Below are positions 12,791 to 25,335 of a stretch of DNA of 64,000 nucleotides, one piece after another (position 1 is the first letter of the stretch; each line of letters starts with the position of its first letter). The DNA is from Vicugna vicugna (taxonomy: Eukaryota): positions 1,296,545-1,360,544 of the forward strand of contig MU057416.1 in assembly GCA_013265495.1 (NCBI GenBank). Direction: 5' to 3'. The notes beneath the pieces were generated by a model that was not told the origin of the DNA, did not search any database, and saw nothing but the letters and a program-made list of their open reading frames with translations. Position numbers and translations under genes: made by a program.

Positions 12791-14650
12791 AAAACGGAGG
12801 CAGCAACAGTCCTTCGCGCCTGCCACGCGCCCGCGTCCGGCAGAGCTGCCGGCGCGCGAGCGCTTTCATGCATGCGCCCCGAGCTAAGGAGGACCAGCCG
12901 CCAAGGGCGCCGGGCACCCGGGTCTTGAAAGTCAGGACGCTCCATCCTTGGATGTTCAGAACAACCTTTCTGGGAAGTGCTACCTGGGGTCTAACATGCT
13001 GGAACTCGTTGCGGGGCCAGTGACTGCAAGGCGATCCTGGTCTGAAAGCCCCACCCGGCGGCCGCAACACACAGACGAAGGCTCACAGAGGAGAAGCCGC
13101 AGACTGATGAGGGGGTGTGGCACAGCTTGCACCAGACTCTCCAGGTCCCAGCGAACGGAACAAAGGAACCAGCAGGGCGAAGAGGACACGGAGCGGTCAA
13201 GCCCGCGGCCTGCGTGTGCCAGGCGGCGTTGTGGGCCCTGGGGGCATGGTGGCGGCACAGACCGGGCAGCGGGGTGCATCAGTATGGCCAGGTGTGTGTG
13301 TGAGCCAACAGCGCCCGCCCCTCCTTCCTGCCAACGGCGATTCATACCGTCTCTGAGCCTCAGCTCCCTCCGCTACGAATGGCGCGTCTAGTCCGCTGCA
13401 GGAAATCGGGCGACGTGCCTAAAGCGCACGGCGCGCAGCAGGAGGACGTGTGTTGTTCGCCGAAGCTAGTCTGACAGAGAGCCAACTAGAAGGTCCGGGC
13501 TGGGCCGTCACATCGAGCCGTTAGGTCATTCAGCCTCATAGCTGTGGGTCCTCCTGCGGTGAGGACTCGGGGGCGCAGGGACTGGTCCCAGCGCGTCAGC
13601 CGTGGAGGGGCGGAGGCCATGTGAAGTGCAGGTGACTTGTCCCGGAGCTGGTGCGCGCAGACCCCGCGCTGTCCCCCGTCCTCTCAGCCACGCTCAGCCC
13701 AGGCTCGGAAGCATTCAGGTGGCCCCCCCTCCCCCTCCCGGCTCTGCGGAACACTGAGCCCGCACCCCCACCCCGGACCTGCGCCCCCGCCCCCTGCGCC
13801 GGCAACGTCCACTCGGGGAGGGCGGATGCCGGGCGCCCCGCGGCCTCATCTGATTTCCTTGCTTTGGGGAACGCCTGTCTACGCGTGCGGCCACGTTCCC
13901 CACTCCCCCTGACGCTCGTTCCGGGCTCATCCCCTCTGAGACTCCCTCCGGGACCCCCCCTCCGGCCCCATAAGCGGCAGCGGTCACCTGGGCGCCCTCG
14001 GCCGGCCCTCAGCCAGATGCCCGTGCCCCTTGGTGGACGCCGGGACTCCCCGCCTCCACACAGCCTACCACCTGCCACCCTCGGGCACACCCCCAGCCCC
14101 TCCGCTCTCCAGCTCAGACAGTGGGTCACACCATGGCGCATTTGACTCCAGCGCGCTCAAGTGTTCTCACTCAGTACATTTTTTTAAGAGGAAAATAAAA
14201 CAATGTAAATAGCCCAGGCCCTTCCACAAAACGAGGATCCGCCTGGAGCGAGCAGGACTCTGGACCCCTCGGCGTCTCATTCCCTAAACGCCTCTGGACA
14301 GCGAGTCAGGTGCGTCCGGCCGCCCCTGGAGCCCAGTGCGAGCCAGCTGCTTCGCCTCGGGGTCACTCACACTCTGGGGCGAAAGGCGTCAGCGCGGGAC
14401 TCGGGCGTCGCGCTCCACCTGACGCCTTGTCGAGTTTTCAAGTATTTTCAAGTAATTTATGCAATTGCACCTCATGCAGTAACTTAATCGTAGGAAGGTG
14501 GAAGGTCTAAAGTCGGCAAGAAGGTAAAACTAAAGGATGCTTAGAATGACCGCCTGGAATTCCCGCGACGGCCGCCGGCACACACGGCACTGCCGACAGG
14601 TAGCCCTGCGCCGGAACGGTGTGTACACGGTGACGCCCAGTAGCTAAAAG
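12620..14650. promoter_or_regulatory. CpG/GC-rich tract (CpG-island-like or gBGC-derived)
   Basis: Dense CpG; strongly C-rich 13720-14110; no recognisable exon. Confidence 0.4.
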
Positions 14651-14663
14651 AGAGTCGACTCAC

Positions 14664-14699
14664 CTCCAGGTTGGCCACCACAGGTCTCATTCAGATTCC
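14664..14699 (-). other. Candidate 36-nt exon (unverified)
   Basis: Acceptor cattttcccacggtag|, donor GAG|GTGAGT, branch-like CTAAT about 40 nt upstream of the acceptor. Confidence 0.15.
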
Positions 14700-14784
14700 C
14701 TACCGTGGGAAAATGCAGCAGTGAATCTGCACATGAAAATTAGGGCATATTCACATCTGATGTCACCTTACTGTATAATAAGTA

Positions 14785-14903
14785 TTTGGGGGGGTAGGTA
14801 ATTATGTTTATTTATCATTTATTTTAATGGAGGTGCTGGGGACCGAACCCAGGACCTCGTGCATCCTAAACATGTGCTCTCCCCCAAGCTGCTCCCCCAC
14901 CCC
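14785..14903 (-). mobile_element. Vic-1-type SINE (diverged)
   Basis: ggtaattatgtttattt...ggaggtgctggggaccgaacccaggacctcgtgcat. Confidence 0.9.
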
Positions 14904-16949
14904 TGCCCGGCTCCCGAGCCCTCTGCCCGCTGGAGCCAGCCTTGCACCCGCCCCGACTCCTTATCACCCAGCCCGGCCTCACTCTCCCTGCCTAACCTCA
15001 CAAAGAAGCAAGCCGGGCGCAGGGCCTCACTGCCCGCGTCGTCTGGTCTCGGCCCGGCAGGATCTGTCCTCCAGGGGCCCTGACCCTCGAGCAGGGCCAA
15101 GTCCGCACAAGCCAAAGGCAGGGTCGGTGCCGAGGAGGAGCCGGGGTGGGGGGTGCAGGTGGGGACAGCTCAGTGCCAACGTGCACGCCCAGCACCCCAG
15201 TACTGGCGTCCCTTCACTTCCGGCCTGCCCCACGTGGACCTGTGCTCACATAGCTTCGCCCAAGTCCTGCAACGAACAGCCACGCAGCCTTGGAGCCAGC
15301 AGATTCCCTCTCCCACAGCAACCCTGAAGAAGGCTGGCCGCTCCCTAGGGTCACCCACCGTCTCCCAGCTTCCACAAAAGGAAAGACTGTGCCCCAGAAA
15401 GAATAATCAGCAAGTACGACAGGGTTCTAACAAATGACATGGAGGGAGTGAGATGGAGACGGTGGCGGACAGGGTGTACTTCGGGGAGAACGTACGTTCC
15501 TGTGCGTGGGGAGAAGGTTATGAAAAGAAGCGGTGAGTGAGAAAGCAGTGCGGAAAGAGACTCAGGCCCAGAACGCCGCCCTAAAGTTGTGTGCACGGTG
15601 TGGGGGGCGTCCTGTAGGCACTGAAAAGACACTGATGGCCATTAAACAGGACGAGGGCCAAGTGCAGTGCAACTGGGAGTTTTAGAAAAAGGCTGGAGCC
15701 CCACCAAGTAAAACAGGAGGAGGAGGAATCCCCCACAGGCTCGAAGGCTCCTAGCAGCGCCCCCCTGAGACTGGACCGGGGGAGTGGGCGTCTCTCCGTA
15801 GTCAGGTAAGGAGGCAGGATGGCACCTTCCCTCGTAAGAAAAGAGGAGGTTATTCCTGCGGAAAGACACGGGGGAGACAGCAGAAGCGCGGTCCTGAGGA
15901 TCTGTGGAGAAGTGTGGCGGGGATGGGGCACATCACCACAGCTTCTAGACCCAGCGCCCTCCCAGCGTAGCAGGGCAGCCGCGCTGGCGGTGAGAATGTT
16001 AGGGATCTCGTACGTCATTCGATAGGTAGTCACTGCCCTCACATCCCCTCCTGGGGCCACTGCCTCTTAATCTTAACCCAGGACCCGAGACCAGCCCGTG
16101 TTCCAGCGACTCCAGCCTTGAGTCTGACCCCTGGGGGCTCCCAGGACCTGCGCTGTCCTGCGGTGGCCCACGTCCTCGGTGCCAGGGGTGGTGCCTGCCC
16201 CACACTGACTGTTTAGTGTCCTGGGTCTTCACCCTGGGTGAGAGCAGACCTCTCATGGAGAAGCACCCTTGAACTATTTCCCAAAATCCAGGGGTCCCTG
16301 GGGAGGCTGGGCCACCAGAGAGGAGCTGGGGGCCAGAGCCCCCTCTCCAGGGATGGGCCAGCCCCTCCTGTGAGCACCCTGTGAGGCAGACACACACCCA
16401 CAGTGTCCACCGTCAACGGGACACGGAAGTCCGCAGCCAGGGTGATGCGGGAGATGAGCAGCATTATCCGCGAGCATTTTACTTCCCTTTACCTGCCCTG
16501 GGGAGCCGCGACATTTAAGCAGGAGTCCACATGAAATGGAAGATAAGAGCCAACTCGGATCTGCCGTGGGATTTACTCTGCGTCCACCCAAATCACGGAA
16601 GAGATTAGATTAGAGAGCTTCCATCTGACCCAGAAAGTGTAAAACCAAAGTGGACAGCAACCATATAATCGATTTATAACCATCCTCTTAAGAGATGCTG
16701 GATTTTGTAAAAGGCCAAATGTTGCAGGGAAAAGCCAACTATGGCAGGAAGTAAATAAATATGATGATTTGTGTTTGCTTGTTCATTTAGCAAACTAGTC
16801 TGAGCGCATTTTGACCCCAAAGAAACCGCTTAGATTTTTAATATTCAGTCTGGAAATATATCCATTCTTTAACACACCCCATAATTTATTTTGGAATATC
16901 AATTTTGTGATATTGTGAAATTTTTATTGTAAGAAGGACATTTGAAAGG

Positions 16950-17060
16950 CAAAAGAAAAACAGTTTGGTGGTTTCCTGATAAGTTAAACATAGAATTACC
17001 ATATGACTCAGCAATTCCACCCCTAGGTATGTACCCAAAAGAATTAAAAACAGGTTTTCA
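16950..17060 (+). mobile_element. L1M ORF2 C-terminal fragment
   Basis: aagttaaacatagaattaccatatgactcagcaattccacccctaggtatgtacccaaaagaatt. Confidence 0.85.
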
Positions 17061-17170
17061 GGGGGAGGGTGTAGGTCAGTGGTAGAGTGCCTGCTTAGCA
17101 TGCACCAGGTCTGGGTTCAATCCCCAGGACCTCCAATTAAAAAAAAAAAATGCTTAAGGAAAAAAAAAAA
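17061..17170 (+). mobile_element. Vic-1-type SINE
   Basis: tRNA-Ala head followed by A-rich tail. Confidence 0.93.
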
Positions 17171-17202
17171 CTTTTAAAAATGTCAGGGGTTAGCTCTGTT
17201 TT

Positions 17203-17331
17203 GTTTCTTTTGGAGGGGGGTAGTATTTAGGTTTATTTTCTTTCTTTCTTTCTTGGTGGAGGTCCTGGGGATTGAACCCAGGACCTGGTGCATGCTAAGC
17301 AGGCACTCCACCACTGAGCTATACCCTCCCC
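17203..17331 (-). mobile_element. Vic-1-type SINE
   Basis: Reverse head and tail; TSD agctctgtttt at 17192-17202 and 17336-17346. Confidence 0.96.
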
Positions 17332-18879
17332 ACCCAGCTCTGTTTTTAAGTGGAAAAAAGAAGTACAAACTTGTCATGAGGTCCACGCCAGAGAAGCTTC
17401 AGGTTAAAAACCATTTGAGGGTCACAGATTGTAACTTTAAGGCGGTTGGGCTGAGCAGCTCTCAGGACTGGGACTCGCAGAAACCAGAGCAGAAGGATGG
17501 TTTCTGTGTAACACGTCACCAAAACCAACACAGAGTTTCGCTACTTTTAACGCCAGGGCGTCTGCACATGTGCAGGCAGTAAATACAAACATGGTCACAT
17601 TGCTCCCCTCCAGGAATAGAAACAGCTCATTTCTTGTCTTTGGAAAATATGGAAAATCTTTTCACAAACACACACATAAAAAAGGGGAAAAAAAGAAACA
17701 GTTTCAGATTTCCTATAGATTACTGAGTCACAAACAACATCTAAGGCTGCTATTTTAAAACCAAATTAGAGAATTTTTTATGACAGGAAACCATCCCAAC
17801 AATGACACCTTGTTTCCTGAAAACTCTGAGTAAATTCCTCTTATTCCCACTTTTTTTTTTTTTTTTTTTAGTTTTCCACCCAAGGGCTGCAGTTCCCACA
17901 TCGGGTCACACAAAGGCACATTTGCACATATCATTTAAAACTAAGCATGTTTCATATTCTGGGGCCCTAATAAACACTATGTGAAGGACTGGACCAATGA
18001 AAACACAGAAAACGTTAACACTTGGAAAAGGGTCACATGGCCCCAGTCTACTTTGATTTTTACTGAGACCCCAGTGGGACCAAAACTTCGGGCTCCCAGA
18101 AACTCCTATCTAATTCTGTGTTATTATTTCACGTAAGGTGATTCATTTCTACAAAACCTTCCTCACAAAGTGTTTACAGAGCCTGGAAACATGATGCCAC
18201 CCGCACCCCTTCCCAGCCGAGAAACAGCAGAACCGGCAGGCGCAGACTTTTCTGTAGCGGCTCAGGTGTCTGGGACTTTCTAAGCTAAAATGGAAACGGC
18301 GAGGCCAGAGGCAGTGCCACCCAGGGACACCTGCCCCCGCGGGGTCGCCCGCGTGGCGGCGGCTGGTCACCGCGGGCACATCCTCCCCCGTCCCTGCCCC
18401 AGGGCCGCAGGCAGCTCAGTCAAGAATCCTGCCGCCTCCCTCGGACTGCACATTCCCCGTTCTTATCTGACCACTCCCTTTTTCTGGAAACGTGATTAAC
18501 ATTCCGCAGACATCTCAGGCGCTGCCGGGCTGGTCGGTTCTGCTCAATTTATGGTCCTGATATTCTGGACAATCACGGTTGAGTCGAGACACATCCTGGG
18601 CTGCCCAGATGTTTTAATTTTGCCAGGAAACGACATCCCCGCACCCACGTCTTCCTGTCTTTCATTCAGTTTCTGGCCTGTTAGGACTTTCAGGTCCCTT
18701 TGATGGAAAATGGTCAGCCTGAGATACCAATTTTCTCTTCAGCATGTACCTGAGGGAGTGGCCAAAACTGCCATTACAAAAAAAGGACCCACGTTTTCTA
18801 CCCACATGGCTTTTGGGTCACGGAATACCAACAGGCTCGGCCTGTCTCCATGGAAACGAGCTCAGATCAAGCCACCTGC

Positions 18880-19000
18880 AATCAAATTCCAGGCTCTCGG
18901 TTTTACAGCTGCGTTACCTTGGGCAAATTCCTTCTCCTCACTGAGCCTCAGTTTTTTCATCTGTAAAATAGGACAACAATAAAATATCTACCATTTGAAG
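18880..19000 (+). mobile_element. MIR SINE
   Basis: ttaccttgggcaaattccttctcctcactgagcctcagttttttcatctgtaaaataggacaacaata. Confidence 0.85.
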
Positions 19001-19429
19001 AAAAGGTTTGAAGGAGAAGATTAAAAGCACCAGTGTTTTCATGGAAAAGCACTGAGGATGCTTGTCCTGGGCCCTTAACGAGGGCTGACTCCCATCATCT
19101 CTCACCCCTCTGAGCCCCCTGAGCTAATACAGGCAGTTGAACAGCTGGGACGGAGGACAGGAAATGGAAACTGTGGCGGAAGAGGAAAGGCGGTGGGGGG
19201 GGGCCTCTGCAGCTGTTTTAGATGCATTTACAACACAAGGTGCAGGAGGCAGAGATCAGAGCTTCTGAGGCTGGCAAAGTGACAAGTGAGCCCAAACTGA
19301 GAAGAACTAGAAAGTCTTCACGGAAGGAGCAGGTATCCGGGTCCCTGCTGGTCCCGCCCAGGGCAACAGTTGGACCCCATGGGGTGCACGTGGCTTCTCC
19401 CTGTTCGACAAGCCACCATGTGCAACCTT

Positions 19430-19602
19430 GTCAGGTGCAGGGCCCAGGGTTAACACAGACTGTCCCGCCACGGGGGCCCCACTCCCTCAAAGCTCAGGAA
19501 ACCCCTCCACCAACACTGGGGGGCAGAGCTGAGCCCCTTGACCTATTTGGCGGAAGAAGTAGATGCTCAATGAATATTTGTTGAATAAATGTTTGAATGA
19601 AG
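19430..19602 (+). mobile_element. L2 3' end
   Basis: agtagatgctcaatgaatatttgttgaataaatgtttgaatgaa. Confidence 0.6.
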
Positions 19603-19682
19603 CAGAGTCAAAAGTGCACATGATTAACTGAGGATAAGGAAGCAGCGAGACACCAGTATCAAGTTCTGCTCATCCTTGAGGA

Positions 19683-20000
19683 CAGGAGTGGGCAAACCTT
19701 TTCTGTAAACATCAGAGAGCAAATACTCAGACTTGGCTGTCCAAACGGGCCCTACTGCGACCCGCCAGCTCTGCAGGGCCCGGGAGAGCAGCGGAGACCA
19801 CGTGCGAGCGGACGGGTGTGGCTGTGCTCCAATAAAACTTCATGTTCGCACTCAGAAACTGGAAGTTTGCGTAACTTGCACAGGTCACGAATTCATCGTC
19901 TTTTAATTTTTTTTCACTTGTTTAAAAATGCGAACACCGCTCTCAGTTCACAGCTGTCTGACGGCGGACAGCCCCTGAGCTGTGATTTGCCATCCCCAGC
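19683..20000. mobile_element. MER58B-like (hAT-Charlie) element
   Basis: Termini caggagtgggcaaacc...tttgccatccccag; internal gggtgtggctgtgctccaataaaactt. Confidence 0.8.
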
Positions 20001-21488
20001 TTTAGGAAATGCAACAGACAAGCAGGCAAGGGAGCTAGGGCGGCGGCAGAACCCCTCCCCGGGACCTGCTGGTCGCCAGCGGCGTGCTGCGAGGACAGCG
20101 CAGGGACGGAAAGCGGACAGTCCCCGCCCTGGGATGCCCGCCTTCCGAGCAGGAGAACCACACGGTGAGGAGAGTCCAGGCTGGGCACTGGGCATAGAGG
20201 AAATGAGCAGGAGAATGAAGCAGACGGCTGGGGTGGCGGGCGATTCAGAGAGGCAAGGGCTCCTGGTGTTCACACCCTGATTGCGTGTAACCCACAGACC
20301 ACCCTGCAGGGATGGGGAGTCTCACAGCTGAGGACTGGAGAAAGTGGGTCACAAAGCCAGGTCCTCCGTGTCCAGGCCTGTGCTGTGCAGCGTGGCTGGA
20401 AAGGAGCCTGTGCTATGTGAAGTAGCTGGAAAGGAGAGTCATTAGAGAGGCGTCAGGTTTCCAGGTCCAGCCCTAGTCAGGGTCACATCCAGGTCTTGAT
20501 CCCCTGGGGCCCCCGTTTCAAAGCTGGAAAATGAGGACTGTCATCCGGATGGTCGTGAGCATTACTAAGGTGCTGCTGGAGCCCCAGTCACCGCGCCGGG
20601 CGCGCGCAGGAGTCGTGGCTGTTAGGAATCTAGTCCACTTTCTCCCTTACCAGCAGCCCATGGTCCTCCACCAAGGCATGCCCACTCTCCCGGATTGGCA
20701 CCTCTACATTTAATTATTATGACAATTAATCTGAAGTGCTCAGGACATGTGCTCTGCAAACTAAGCAAATGGGGGGGGGGCTGCCAGGGAGGGGGAGGGT
20801 TAATGCTGCAGGTTCAACCTCACACACAGCACAAGGCAGATCTGGGGACTCTCACGTGGAATCAGAGCTCTGCCCAGGTCCTTGGGACTGGCCTTATGAC
20901 AAGGTTCTCATCTGGAAGTGATAAACAGGGGAAAAAACCCTATTAGACTCCAACGTCAATAACACCCTGGTCTCACAACTGTCTACATTTATCTTCGATT
21001 CAGCAAAACCGAAGCGGGGACGTGCCTGGAAGCTATTCTGCAGCAAAGACTATGCAAAGGATTTTGAGCCTGAACTCAGAAGTTGGATGCTCACGCAGCA
21101 CTGATGATCAGAACCGAGGGCTTGTGGTTACAGGGTGAGAACCCCTGGGAAGCCCAGCTTTGCACAGGCATTCGAAGGACGCAGCACTTAATCGCCAAAC
21201 AGGCAACCGCAGGGAGGACACAGATGTCTTATGGGATATATGTTGTCTCCTGAAATCCTTGAGAGAAAACACAATCCACGTGGACGTGGGCTGGAAATTT
21301 TAAATCACTGCTACTGTGACTCACGATCAGGACAGCGCTTTGCCTGCGGGTGGGAAGTGGAGGAAAAGAGAACATTTTAGTACGTTAAGGATGTAGTAGA
21401 CAGTCAGCAAAGAGCATAAGGTGTGGCGTTCAGGCCGATCTAAGAGGAAACACAAAGAAATTATTATTGAAATATTAATAGAAGCCAA

Positions 21489-21605
21489 GGAGGGAGGGAG
21501 GAGCTCAGAGGTAGAGGGGGTGCTTCCCATGCCGGAGGTCCTGGGTTTGGTCCCCGGTACCTCCATGAACAAAAATGTTTTTAAAATAAAGAACAAAAAG
21601 AAAAA
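21489..21605 (+). mobile_element. Vic-1-type SINE (diverged)
   Basis: agctcagaggtagag...gaggtcctgggtttggtccccggtacctcca plus A-rich tail. Confidence 0.85.
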
Positions 21606-21618
21606 CCCTCTCAACCTT

Positions 21619-22005
21619 TGCATTAGTTTCCTGTGCTGTCATGACAAACTGCCACAAGACGGGTGGCTTAAAACAACAGACATTTCTCCTTTTACAATTC
21701 TGGAAATCCAGGTGTCAGCCGGCCGCGCTCCCCTGGTGTCAGAGAGGCCGCAGGAGAGGGGCCTCTCTGTCTCGTCCACGCCAGGGGCCTTCGGCCCCCC
21801 TGTGTTCCCCACCCTGTGGCTGCTTCAGTCCAGTCTCCGCCTCGGGGGTCACACTGCCTCCTCTGTGTCACCCGTTTGTCTCGAATCTCCCTCCGCCGAG
21901 GGCACTTGTCATGGGACTCAGGGCCCACCTGCAGATCTCATCTCAAGATCCTTAATTGTATCAGTGAAGCCCCTTTTTCCGAATTCGGTAACAGACACAG
22001 GCTTG
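21619..22005 (-). mobile_element. MaLR solo LTR (MLT1C-like)
   Basis: tgcattagtttcctgtgctgtcatgacaaactgccacaagacgggtggcttaaaacaacaga...atctcatctcaagatccttaatt. Confidence 0.85.
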
Positions 22006-22289
22006 GGTGCTTCCTGAATTATCTGTGCTTAGCTGTGCGGCCGCAGCTGCCCACACACAGATGCAGGCACATTCACCTGCTGGAAAACCGCCGCAGAAAC
22101 AGCAGGGTCGGGCCAGGGTGGCCTGGGATGCTGCAGCTGGGGGAGAAAAGCGCAGAAACTCCACGTGTCATCCAACAGGTGACTGGTTAATTGCGAAGGA
22201 GACGGGTCCCTTGGCAGTGAAGACGCCGGGGTAGCGACCTCTGAGCCGGGTGACCGGGTCCTGCGCTGACGCCATCTGATGTGATGCTT

Positions 22290-22840
22290 GGAGAGGACTC
22301 GCCCGTGTCAGGTCTCAACCGAGATGTCACTCTGACTCTACCCAGGAGGGCATGACTGAAGCCAGGTTAAGGCATATTCCGCAGAACAACTGATCTGGGA
22401 TTTTCAAAAATGTCAACATCCAAAGTCCAGAATAAGGGTGCGGGAGGGGCATTCCTGATTAACGGAGACTGGCAGCGAGATCCATGCCCAGACTTCAGTT
22501 ACATCCTGGATTTTTCTTGTTTAAGCCACGAAGAGCATTTACAGGAATACTGCGGGAAATGCGTGTAGACTGCACACCTGTAACAGGACTGCATCCATAC
22601 TGAACGTCTTCAGTGGGATGACTGCAGGATGGTCACGTAGGAAGTTAGGCTCATTCTTAGGAGTTACTTACATGTAAGTGCTGTGCTGTCTGCATCTTAC
22701 TTCCAAATGGTTTAGAAAAGAGAGAGGGACAGAAAGAAAGGCAGTGTGTAAAGCATTAAAGCTGGCCAGTCTGGGCAGACGGGTGTTCACTGCGTTACTC
22801 ACTCAACTTTTCTCTAGGTTTGAAAATTTTCAAGATAGCA
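22290..22840 (+). mobile_element. Old L1 (L1ME/L1MC-type) 3' region
   Basis: cattcttaggag...tctgcatcttacttccaaatggttt...gggtgttcactg...caacttttctctaggtttgaaaattttcaa. Confidence 0.7.
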
Positions 22841-23389
22841 AGAGGGGTATAACGCGAACTAACAGGACGTTATGTGTCCATTATGTCTCAGTAGAGCTGG
22901 GGGGATATTGAAGGACATCATAAAAACGAACACAGGGTCATTCTTAAGTATCGGAGATAAACTAAAAAGAGAGTCTTTGAAAATCACCTGAGTGAGGGAA
23001 GCCTTGCTTGCCAAAGCTTCCAGTGATAAAAGCTAAAGAGAAAATGGGTTGAAAGGGTTTTGAAAGGGTCTATGTATTCAGCCACCGGGCCACAAACCAC
23101 GGCGCAGACGGAGCAGCCTCTCCCGAGGACGGCAGCGCCCGGTCCCCGCTGCCGCGGGAGCCCGGGGACCTTCCTGCCTCCAGGCTGTGGGCTTTTCACG
23201 CTGTGATGACAGTGTCACACTAGAATTCAGTTTTGTGCACAAAATTACCCAACATGAGAGACTGCTTCTGGCCTGGCCTGTTCGCTCGCTATGCAACACA
23301 CCCACAGCTGTGGCCAGACTTCTGTTGCAAAATAGAAAACAAAATAAAAATGAAAAAAAAAGCTGGGGGGGAAATGAAGTCCCAGCATA

Positions 23390-23470
23390 GGACTATACCA
23401 CAGACCACTGAGGTGTACACTGTAGACGGGCGTGTTACGCGACACATGACTCGTATCTCAATAAAAATTA
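23390..23470 (+). mobile_element. L1M 3' terminal fragment
   Basis: ccactgaggtgtacact...tatctcaataaaaatt. Confidence 0.5.
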
Positions 23471-24199
23471 TTCTCCTAAGTAACCTTACCTTGCATCGCT
23501 CTTGTGAACTTGAGGTCATGTATGTGAAGCGCCCAGCATAGCACCTGCTGGGTAGCTGAAACCCAGTTAATGCTGCTACTGCTCATGGTTATTCATTGTT
23601 AAGGCAGGTCCCCCAGGAAGTGCCGTGGAATTGACCTGGGCCTTGGGTGAGCAAAAGTTTGCCAAGATCACTTGACTGAAGTGTTAAGCAAGGTTTTCTC
23701 TGTTGGTTTAGGTGATTCCTAAATCGTGCTACACTTTTCCACACGTGTTCTTGTACTAGATCATGAACTAAAGAACAAAGTCTGTGTCTTACTCACCCGC
23801 AAATCGCCGGCCCCAGGAATGGGATATTAACAGAATAATATAAAGCATGTACCACAGATACCACTGAGCTGTTTAAAACACCCCAGACGGCTAGTTAATA
23901 ACCTGAGAATGTGGTCAGGACACACTAAGCGAAAAAGCACTTCACACCAGAGTATGGTCACGTGCGGTATGTTTTCAAGAAAAAAAAATGGAAGGATTTT
24001 CATGGACATGTTAGCAGTGGTCGCCTCTGGGTGGGAATATTTCTCCTTTTTGACCTTCTGTATTGTACGCATTTCCCAGAGCACGCATTATCTCTGTAAC
24101 AACTGGTCCAGCCTAAGGAGCGAAAGACACAGCAGTCCCTCCCCTCTCAAGCTAACCAAAGCGCGTCGCTGTTCTGTGCTGCGCGCTGACGCGTCAAGC

Positions 24200-24345
24200 C
24201 ACGGCTCTTCAGTGTGGGTGCCCCTCGGGTCACTTGTGCCTTTTCAAAAAGCAAATGCCCGGGCCCCACCTCAGACCTAAGGAATGAGCATCTTCAGGGG
24301 AAACACCTGGGCAGAGGTGCTGGCTAGAAGTGCCAGAGTAATCCC
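24200..24345. mobile_element. MER5-like fragment
   Basis: aaaagcaaatgcccgggccccacctcagacctaaggaat. Confidence 0.6.
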
Positions 24346-24387
24346 TAAATCAAGAACGGGGGTGGGGGGTGGGGGTAGCCGGCCAGA

Positions 24388-24496
24388 GGGGGAGGGTGCG
24401 CTTGGCAGTGGCCGAGCATCTGCTTGGCATGCACGAGGTCCTGGGTTCCATCCCCAGTGCCTCCACTAAGAGCGGAAAAGAAAGCAATGTTAAAAA
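24388..24496 (+). mobile_element. Vic-1-type SINE (diverged)
   Basis: gggggagggtg...gcatgcacgaggtcctgggttccatccccagtgcctcca. Confidence 0.88.
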
Positions 24497-25335
24497 CCTA
24501 GGCGCCATTGCACAGCCTGCCAATCCAGCACGTGTCTCAGGCACTGTGCCTAGGAGTCGCTCTCCCCGACACCCACGGTGAGCTCCTGCAGGCGGGCAGC
24601 TTTGTCTGGTTGTCTTGGCATCACAACAGCAGATGCACAAGAGATGTTCACCAACGCTTGCGGGCTGGTTGGATACTCGCACGCAAGAATAACAAACACC
24701 ATTCATCTAGCTCCTGATCTCTACTGCTGTTTTGTAACCCAAATCCAGCTTGCTTAGCTGTAAAATCATCATGTTAGGCAACTTGAATTATAACCTGACC
24801 AATTAAAAGCAATTTTAGAAATGCGACGTAATTCTAGTAGGTAGGTATTTTCCTTGGAAACGACAGTGAGGCATGAAGCTGCGGAGTGGCTTTGTGCTTG
24901 AGACCCTTTTTGAAATGCAGAGCAAACCTCTCTGTAGCCGTTACCCACGCCAGGCACCAGTCCAACAACGTCAGGCTTTGCTCATCGCCTTTGATTAGTT
25001 CAGTCCGGCACTGAGTTCAGCGCTCTTCAGTAACTCCCTTTTCCAAAAACGCACTGGCGGCATTGATGCTAACGTCTTACTGACGGCTCTGCGGTACCTG
25101 AGCTCCACCGAACACTAACGTCAAGGCTCTGGAAACAGGACGACTTGGGAAGAAAAGGTCAGTTTTCCTCACGCGTGCCTCGACCCTGCTTGCAAAATAA
25201 CGTATAGTCCATCTCCATTATGTGTGAGGCCAATAATTTGTCCAAAAAATTCAGATTTCTGTTAAGTGCCCGATATCTATCAGACACTGCGGAGTTCAGT
25301 TACCAGTGAGGTGGTGTATGAAAACGACCACAAGT

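Noticed and set aside
14022..14040. CTCF-like motif (CCACCAAGGGGCAC on minus)
   Set aside because: Mismatch at a core position; cannot be supported without PWM scoring or ChIP data
23480..23495. Minus-strand AAG|GTAAGG donor
   Set aside because: Inside a MIR-like fragment, with no matching acceptor
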